Shown here piece after piece: positions 35,876 through 40,995 of a stretch of DNA of 40,995 nt. The stretch comes from an uncultured Candidatus Saccharibacteria bacterium. Lineage in GTDB: Bacteria; Patescibacteriota; Minisyncoccia; Minisyncoccales; PEYH01. A model generated the notes under the pieces. It saw nothing but the letters and a program-made list of their open reading frames with translations, did not search any database and was not told the DNA's origin. How positions within the stretch are numbered: the first letter of the stretch is position 1; every line of letters begins with the position of its first letter. The DNA is taken from the NCBI GenBank assembly GCA_964388775.1, contig CAYMBW010000004.1, forward strand, positions 1-40,995, given 5' to 3'. Made by a program: the position numbers and the translations under genes.

Positions 35876-37369
35876 ATGACTAAGCGCTTTAAAAAAAATC
35901 TATTTTTCTCAATCTGCGTCCTATTTATTTCCATCACGCCGATTGTTATTTTATACGCTTCCGGGTATCGTTTCGACTTCAATAATATGAGAGTCGTCCA
36001 AACGGGCGGGCTTTTCTTCAAAATTTCCCCTCCCGGAGTTATGGTATATATTGACGATAAGCCATACAAAAAGACAAATTTCTTTTTTGACACGGCTCTA
36101 ATGAGCGGACTTTTGCCAAAAAGCTATCATATCTCAATCCAAAAAAACGATTATCATACTTGGGAAAAAGAACTTCTTGTAGAAGAAAAAATGGTGACAG
36201 AAGCGAAAAACATTATTCTTTTTCCCAAAAATCCCCTGTTTAATCTTGCTTTAAAAAATATCAAAACCTTTTTTCCCGCGCCCGATGAAAAGAAAGCGGT
36301 TCTTGAAATTGCCACTGACCAGAGATGGGCATTCGCTTCTTTTGATTTGCAAAGTCAAAAACAGGAACAGCTCTTAAGTGAAGATGACTTACAAATTCTT
36401 AAGTCAGACAGCGCCCCGATAATCTCCCAGAAAATCTCCGGGGCGACACCCACGAATATCATCTGGTCCAGCGATTCCAAAAAAATTCTGATTGAACTTG
36501 ATAAAAAAGGAGAAAAACAGTATCTGGCAACAGAACCCTCCCCCAATAAGGGTCTTTTTGTGATTGATTGGGATAAGAAGATAAAAAATATTAACTTTAA
36601 CCCCAATAATTCCGATGAAATATTCTTTATCTCCTATACTCCGGCCGCCTCTTCAACAAAAACCAACAGCGCGCTCCAGCCAACCGATCCATTGTCCGCA
36701 ATTTTTGTCATTAGGGGCAACGGCGAAGAAACGGCCCTTGATTTTTCCGACCCTTCATTAAAACAAAATGTTTTGGCTTATGCGATTGTTGACAATTATA
36801 TTGTCTGGTTAAGTGAATCAGGTTTAATTTATAAAGGGAGTATCAACGGAGATAAAATATCGCTTGCGGAAATATTGAATGTAAAACCAATAGCTATAAA
36901 GGCCTCTGCCAATTACCAAATTTTATCCAAGAATCTATCGAGCGTCTTTCTTAAAGAAGATGAGGGGTTTTATCACCTTAATCCTGAAAAACGCATTTTA
37001 GAAAAAATATTTGACTCCGCTAAAGAAATTATTTTTGCTAAAGATATGAAAAAAATCGCTGTTAATACCGGAAATCAAATATGGCTTTATTATCTTGAGG
37101 AGGAGAAAAGCCAACCCCAGAGAACAAAAGATGAAAAAGCGCTTCTTGCTAATTTTCCCCAAGAAATTACAAATCTCCATTGGTTGAATAACCAATATTT
37201 AATATTTCAAATTAATGAATCAATCAAAATTTCGGAAATTGATAACCGTTCTAAGCCCAATATGATTGAACTGACAACTTTCTCCGACCCTTCAACATTC
37301 TGGCTCTCAAATAAACTCTTTGTTTTAAGTAACAATAATCTATTTTTTAGCGAAGATATTGTAAAGTAA
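35876..37369 (+). CDS. Membrane-anchored PEGA-domain protein with beta-rich (propeller-like) C-terminal region
   Basis: N-terminal TM, YASGYRFD...QTGGL, PEGA-like segment (SPPGVMVYID...LLPKSYHISIQKNDYHTWEK), WSSDSKKIL-type repeats. Confidence 0.75.
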   Translation: MTKRFKKNLFFSICVLFISITPIVILYASGYRFDFNNMRVVQTGGLFFKISPPGVMVYIDDKPYKKTNFFFDTALMSGLLPKSYHISIQKNDYHTWEKELLVEEKMVTEAKNIILFPKNPLFNLALKNIKTFFPAPDEKKAVLEIATDQRWAFASFDLQSQKQEQLLSEDDLQILKSDSAPIISQKISGATPTNIIWSSDSKKILIELDKKGEKQYLATEPSPNKGLFVIDWDKKIKNINFNPNNSDEIFFISYTPAASSTKTNSALQPTDPLSAIFVIRGNGEETALDFSDPSLKQNVLAYAIVDNYIVWLSESGLIYKGSINGDKISLAEILNVKPIAIKASANYQILSKNLSSVFLKEDEGFYHLNPEKRILEKIFDSAKEIIFAKDMKKIAVNTGNQIWLYYLEEEKSQPQRTKDEKALLANFPQEITNLHWLNNQYLIFQINESIKISEIDNRSKPNMIELTTFSDPSTFWLSNKLFVLSNNNLFFSEDIVK

Positions 37370-37383
37370 AAAAATATTCAAAA

Positions 37384-37410
37384 CCAAAAACCGCCTAACG
37401 GCGGTTTTGG
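37384..37410. terminator. Bidirectional terminator between the convergent PEGA gene and rpsI
   Basis: ccaaaaaccgcc-taac-ggcggttttgg. Confidence 0.8.
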
Positions 37411-37430
37411 AATTTCTCTATAAAAACAAT

Positions 37431-37967
37431 TTACCTCTTGGACCATTGCGGTCCGCGTCTTGCTCTTTTCAAGCCAAACTTCTTTCTCTCCCGCATTCTC
37501 GGATCGCGGGTTAAAAATCCAGCTTTTTTAAGGCGCTTCCTGAAGTCAGGATTAAATTTTATAAGAGCTCGGGAAATGCCGTGTCTTGCCGCGCCCGATT
37601 GCGCGCTTTTCCCTCCTCCTGAAACCTTAATGGAAATACTGAATTTATCCAAACAATTCATCATCTCAAGGGCTGACAAAATGGTTCCTTGTAATTCTGG
37701 ACTCGGAAAGTACTCTTTAATCTCCTTATTATTAACCAAAAATTCTGTCTTGCCTCTCGTTGAGAAAAGACGCACTCTGGCGACAGCGGTTTTTCTTCGG
37801 CCAACCGCCTCTATATACTTTTCTTCTGTTGCTTTTTTTTCAACTGGTAATTTTAAAACCGCCGCTTTGCTCTCTTTTTTTGGCGCTCTCTTTTTGATAG
37901 GCGCTTTCTCCTTCGGCGCTAACTTCTTAACTATTTTTTTAATTGTTGTCTTGGTCTGCTTGGGCAT
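37431..37967 (-). CDS. rpsI: 30S ribosomal protein S9 with Lys-rich N-terminal extension
   Basis: GRRKTAVARV, GGGKSAQ, LTRDPRMRERKKFGLKRARR, WSKR. Confidence 0.97.
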   Translation of the reverse strand: MPKQTKTTIKKIVKKLAPKEKAPIKKRAPKKESKAAVLKLPVEKKATEEKYIEAVGRRKTAVARVRLFSTRGKTEFLVNNKEIKEYFPSPELQGTILSALEMMNCLDKFSISIKVSGGGKSAQSGAARHGISRALIKFNPDFRKRLKKAGFLTRDPRMRERKKFGLKRARRGPQWSKR

Positions 37968-37986
37968 AATATTGATAAAGATTATA

Positions 37987-38337
37987 TTACAGCTCTACTT
38001 TTAGCCGCTTTATCTGCTGGGCTCTTAATTTATTTTTCGGCAGCATTCCAAGCACTGCCCTTCTCATTACTTGGGCCGGGTCTTCTGAATAAACTTTAGA
38101 CAAAGAAATTTCTTTCAATCCGCCCGGGTATCCGGAGTGCCTGTAATACTTCTTTTTCTCTAATTTCTTGCCCGTAAGCTTTGCCTTCCCAAAATTGGTG
38201 ATGACGACAAAGCCACCAATATCTTTATTGGGAGCAAAATTTTCCTCATTTTTACCGCGCAACAATGCGACTGCCGCGCTTGCCACTCTTCCTAACGATT
38301 TTTCAGCCGCATCAATTGTATATGTTTGTCTCTCCAT
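37987..38337 (-). CDS. rplM: 50S ribosomal protein L13 (short form)
   Basis: IDA...LGRVAS, YYRHSGYPGGLK, AVLGMLPKNKL. Confidence 0.96.
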   Translation of the reverse strand: MERQTYTIDAAEKSLGRVASAAVALLRGKNEENFAPNKDIGGFVVITNFGKAKLTGKKLEKKKYYRHSGYPGGLKEISLSKVYSEDPAQVMRRAVLGMLPKNKLRAQQIKRLKVEL

Positions 38338-38350
38338 AAAATAGTTGCTA

Positions 38351-38734
38351 TTACTTTTGGATTTTAGATTTTGGCCGTTGGATTTTTGCCGTAAATTCTA
38401 TTATTGCCATTTTCGCGCCATCGTTTTCTCTCGGCCCTGTCTTGATAACCCTTGTATACCCTCCTTGCTGTTTTTTGTAAAGAGGCGCTATCTCATCCAT
38501 CAATTTCTTCACTATCCGCGGAGCGAATAATTTCGCCAATCCCCTTCTCGCTGCCAAATCGCCTTTTCTGGCTTTGGTTATTTTTTTCTCAATAAAAGAA
38601 GACAGCTCTTTTGCTTTTGCTTCGGTTGTTTCAATTTTCTCTTTCAAAATTAAAGATGAAGCCAATGTCTTCAAAAGCGCCTTTCTGGGACCGGTCCTCC
38701 TATGAAATTTTCTGCCTTTAATTCTTTTCCGCAT
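38351..38734 (-). CDS. rplQ: 50S ribosomal protein L17
   Basis: IETTEAKAKE, GGYTRVIK, RxxDGAxMAIIE. Confidence 0.96.
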   Translation of the reverse strand: MRKRIKGRKFHRRTGPRKALLKTLASSLILKEKIETTEAKAKELSSFIEKKITKARKGDLAARRGLAKLFAPRIVKKLMDEIAPLYKKQQGGYTRVIKTGPRENDGAKMAIIEFTAKIQRPKSKIQK

Positions 38735-38741
38735 ATTATTA

Positions 38742-39692
38742 TTACTGCTTCATTGCTATGGCCAATTTCTTCAAAACCTTTTTGATTTCTTTCAAACCCT
38801 TGGGGCCAAGGCCTTCTATATTTAGAATATCTTCTTCTTTTTTGCGGACTAACCCTGAAACGGTTTTAATGTGCGCATTGGCTAAGGCATTTATTGTGCG
38901 CGCGGAAAGCTTCAGCTCCTCAATGCTCTTTATTTCCTCAATATCTTTACTTTTCTTAATCTTACCCTTGGCACTCGGCTTTTTTACTGCTAATTTTTCT
39001 TTTATGAGATTAGTCCTCTCGTTAAAGATTAAAGTAAAATGGCTTATTAAAATTTCTGTCGCTTCCATTAAGGCCTCTTCCGGGCTTATTGTGCCATCGG
39101 TCTCTATCTCCAAACTCAAACGCTCAAAATCAGTCCTATTCCCCACTCTCATACTGTCAACCTTGTAGTTTACTTTCTGAATCGGAGTATAAATAGCGTC
39201 CAAACTTATCTGTCCTATCTCTAACTTATCTTTATCTCGAATCTCCCTTGGCTCATAACCGATCCCTTTCTGAACCAGAAGGTCCATCTCTAAAACGGCC
39301 TTCTTGTCCGTAAGAGTGGCAATATGTAAATCCTTATTAACTAATTCCAATTGGGACGGCAACTTTAAGTCTTTCCCCTGAACCACTTTCTCTCCTTGTA
39401 ATTTTAATGTTGCCTGTTGAGGTTCATCAGAAAAAAGTTTGAAACGCAATTTCTTTAAATTAAGACAAATCGTGATGACGTCTTCCAAAACCCCCGGCAG
39501 GGTTGAAAATTCATGCTGGACTCCTTTAATTTTCACTTGGGTAACCGCTGCGCCCTTCAAGGAAGACAACAAAACTCTGCGTAAAGCATTGCCCACGGTA
39601 ATGCCGTATCCCGGATATAATTCTTCGATTATAAATACGGCGCGGTTATTATCCTTTTCAGAAATTATCGGGACTTTGGGTAAAAAAATCAT
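38742..39692 (-). CDS. rpoA: RNA polymerase alpha subunit
   Basis: GYGITVGNALRRVLLSSL, HEFSTLPGVLED, CTD LKLSARTINAL. Confidence 0.97.
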   Translation of the reverse strand: MIFLPKVPIISEKDNNRAVFIIEELYPGYGITVGNALRRVLLSSLKGAAVTQVKIKGVQHEFSTLPGVLEDVITICLNLKKLRFKLFSDEPQQATLKLQGEKVVQGKDLKLPSQLELVNKDLHIATLTDKKAVLEMDLLVQKGIGYEPREIRDKDKLEIGQISLDAIYTPIQKVNYKVDSMRVGNRTDFERLSLEIETDGTISPEEALMEATEILISHFTLIFNERTNLIKEKLAVKKPSAKGKIKKSKDIEEIKSIEELKLSARTINALANAHIKTVSGLVRKKEEDILNIEGLGPKGLKEIKKVLKKLAIAMKQ

Positions 39693-39707
39693 ATTTGTCT
39701 GTCCTTG

Positions 39708-39745
39708 CTCCCCCTCGCTTTGCTCGGGGTTCGCTCGGGCTTAAT
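39708..39745. repeat. 38-nt dispersed repeat, copy 1 (upstream of rpoA)
   Basis: ctccccctcgctttgctcggggttcgctcgggcttaat; 33/38 identical to 40901-40938. Confidence 0.85.
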
Positions 39746-39756
39746 GAGAGATTAAA

Positions 39757-40395
39757 TTATCTTGAATAAAATTCAAATATTGAAGATATTTCCGCCGGCG
39801 GAGCAACTTCTTCAAAATTAGGCACTCCGATAAATTCACCCTCTATTTTTTCTTTGTCCAATTTAAGCCAGCTCGGGACTTGATATTTTTTAAGATTTAC
39901 TGATAATTTTGCAAATACCGGCTTTTTGAAAGAATTGGGTCTAATACTGATTTTATCCCCTTTTTTTAAAGAGAAACTGGGAATGTCCACCGGTTTCCCA
40001 TTGACCAGAAAGTGGCCGTGGGAAACTAATTGCCTTGCCTGAGCTCGGTTCGAGGTAATCCCCAGGCGAAAAACAGTATTATCCAGTCGACTTTCCAATT
40101 CTTTGACTAAAAGTTCTGCCGGATTCTCCTCTTTCTTGGCTCTATGCGCTTTTTCCAACACTACTTTGACATAGTTGCTAAATTGTCTCTCTCTAAGACC
40201 ATACCATGCTCTTAATTTCTGTTTTTCTTTCAGCTCTTTCCCATATTCTGATAGCGCCCTGCTCCTCCTCTTCTTGGTGCTGCCAGGAGGATACGGTTTC
40301 TTAATCATCGGGCACTTAGACGAAAAACATTTCTCTCCTTTAAGAAACAATTTCCTGCCTGTTCTGCGACAAATTTTACATTTTGCATCTTCCAT
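39757..40395 (-). CDS. rpsD: 30S ribosomal protein S4 (Zn-binding Cys type)
   Basis: CKICRR...LKGEKC...C, LKEKQKLR, LESRLDN, ARQLVSHGH, EFYSR. Confidence 0.97.
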   Translation of the reverse strand: MEDAKCKICRRTGRKLFLKGEKCFSSKCPMIKKPYPPGSTKKRRSRALSEYGKELKEKQKLRAWYGLRERQFSNYVKVVLEKAHRAKKEENPAELLVKELESRLDNTVFRLGITSNRAQARQLVSHGHFLVNGKPVDIPSFSLKKGDKISIRPNSFKKPVFAKLSVNLKKYQVPSWLKLDKEKIEGEFIGVPNFEEVAPPAEISSIFEFYSR

Positions 40396-40423
40396 AAAAC
40401 TTTCTGTTTAATACCTATTATTA

Positions 40424-40885
40424 CTAAACTCTCCTTGGCTTGGGAGGCCGACAACCATTATGCGGAATTGAAGTTTTGTCTTCGATTGAAGTGATATTCA
40501 CCCCATGGGCAGCTAAAGCCCTAACGGCTGATTCGCGGCCGCTCCCGATTCCTTTAATTTTTACATGAATTTTGTCTAATTTAAATTTCTGAATATTCTG
40601 CGCCATTAATTCTGCTACCCGGTTAGCGGCATAAGGAGTACCCTTTTTCGTACCCTTAAAACCGATTTTACCGGCGCTAGTCCAGCATAAAACACTACCT
40701 TGCTCATCGGTGAGCGTCAAAATAGTATTGTTATAAGAAGAAGAGATGTAAAGAAATCCATTTTGGATACCAGTCCTGCTTGACATCGTTGTCGCTGTCG
40801 CTCCTTTTTCTATCTTGCTTTCTACATCTTCTCGTTCTTTAAGCAGCTCTTCCGAGCTTTTTTTGATGACTTTTTTCTTTCCCAT
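40424..40885 (-). CDS. rpsK: 30S ribosomal protein S11
   Basis: SSYNNT, GFKGTKKGTPYAA, GIGSGRESA, PHNGCRPPKPRRV. Confidence 0.97.
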   Translation of the reverse strand: MGKKKVIKKSSEELLKEREDVESKIEKGATATTMSSRTGIQNGFLYISSSYNNTILTLTDEQGSVLCWTSAGKIGFKGTKKGTPYAANRVAELMAQNIQKFKLDKIHVKIKGIGSGRESAVRALAAHGVNITSIEDKTSIPHNGCRPPKPRRV

Positions 40886-40900
40886 ATTCTTTCGCCCTCA

Positions 40901-40938
40901 CTCTCCCTCGCTTCGCTCGGGAATCGCTCGGGCTCAAT
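40901..40938. repeat. 38-nt dispersed repeat, copy 2 (upstream of rpsK)
   Basis: ctctccctcgcttcgctcgggaatcgctcgggctcaat; followed by an AAAATTA/AAAGTTA heptamer run to the window end. Confidence 0.85.
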
Positions 40939-40995
40939 CAAGTTAAAAATTAAAAATCAAAAGTTAAAAGTTTCAGTATTAAGTCCAAAATATTT

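Noticed and set aside
680-40411. Numerous 60-190 aa ORFs antisense or out of frame to recognised genes (e.g. 5001-5570, 28461-28952, 35854-36093, 37438-38004)
   Set aside because: They are shadows of well-supported genes, with no motifs or independent expression signals.
1-40995. Alternative genetic code (TGA=Gly, code 25) as in Gracilibacteria/Absconditabacteria
   Set aside because: Conserved genes are uninterrupted in code 11, and TGA terminates miaB and pheT at the expected positions.

Overview
AT-rich bacterial chromosome segment in genetic code 11. It is most likely from a CPR/Patescibacteria (Parcubacteria-like) genome; this is inferred from the streamlined ThrS/PheT/ProS, rplK without rplA, two MreB paralogues, SD-less core genes and a typical secreted-protein N-terminus. 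Most of the window is housekeeping: dnaE, thrS, yjbQ, miaB, miaA, gatCA/gatB, thyX, secE-nusG-rplK, gyrB, pheST, a tRNA-fMet/Met/Asp cluster, mreB x2, proS, rseP, frr, holB, murA and rpsK-rpsD-rpoA-rplQ-rplM-rpsI. On top of this are five notable layers. (i) Three homing endonucleases: a LAGLIDADG intein in DnaE, an HNH intein in GyrB, and a free-standing LAGLIDADG gene whose last 15 codons are the 5' part of tRNA-Asp. (ii) A compact locus of pyruvoyl arginine decarboxylase, a GNAT-like protein, a small membrane protein and an orphan multi-TM histidine kinase, which is a candidate acyl-agmatine-type signal synthesis and sensing module. (iii) Small accessory cassettes carrying perfect AGGAGG Shine-Dalgarno sites and their own terminators, unlike the core genes. 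(iv) Heptamer tandem repeats and GC-rich palindromes that invade intergenic DNA and essential ORFs in frame. (v) A 38-nt repeat just upstream of both rpsK and rpoA. All calls come from motif reading only; no database searches were run.
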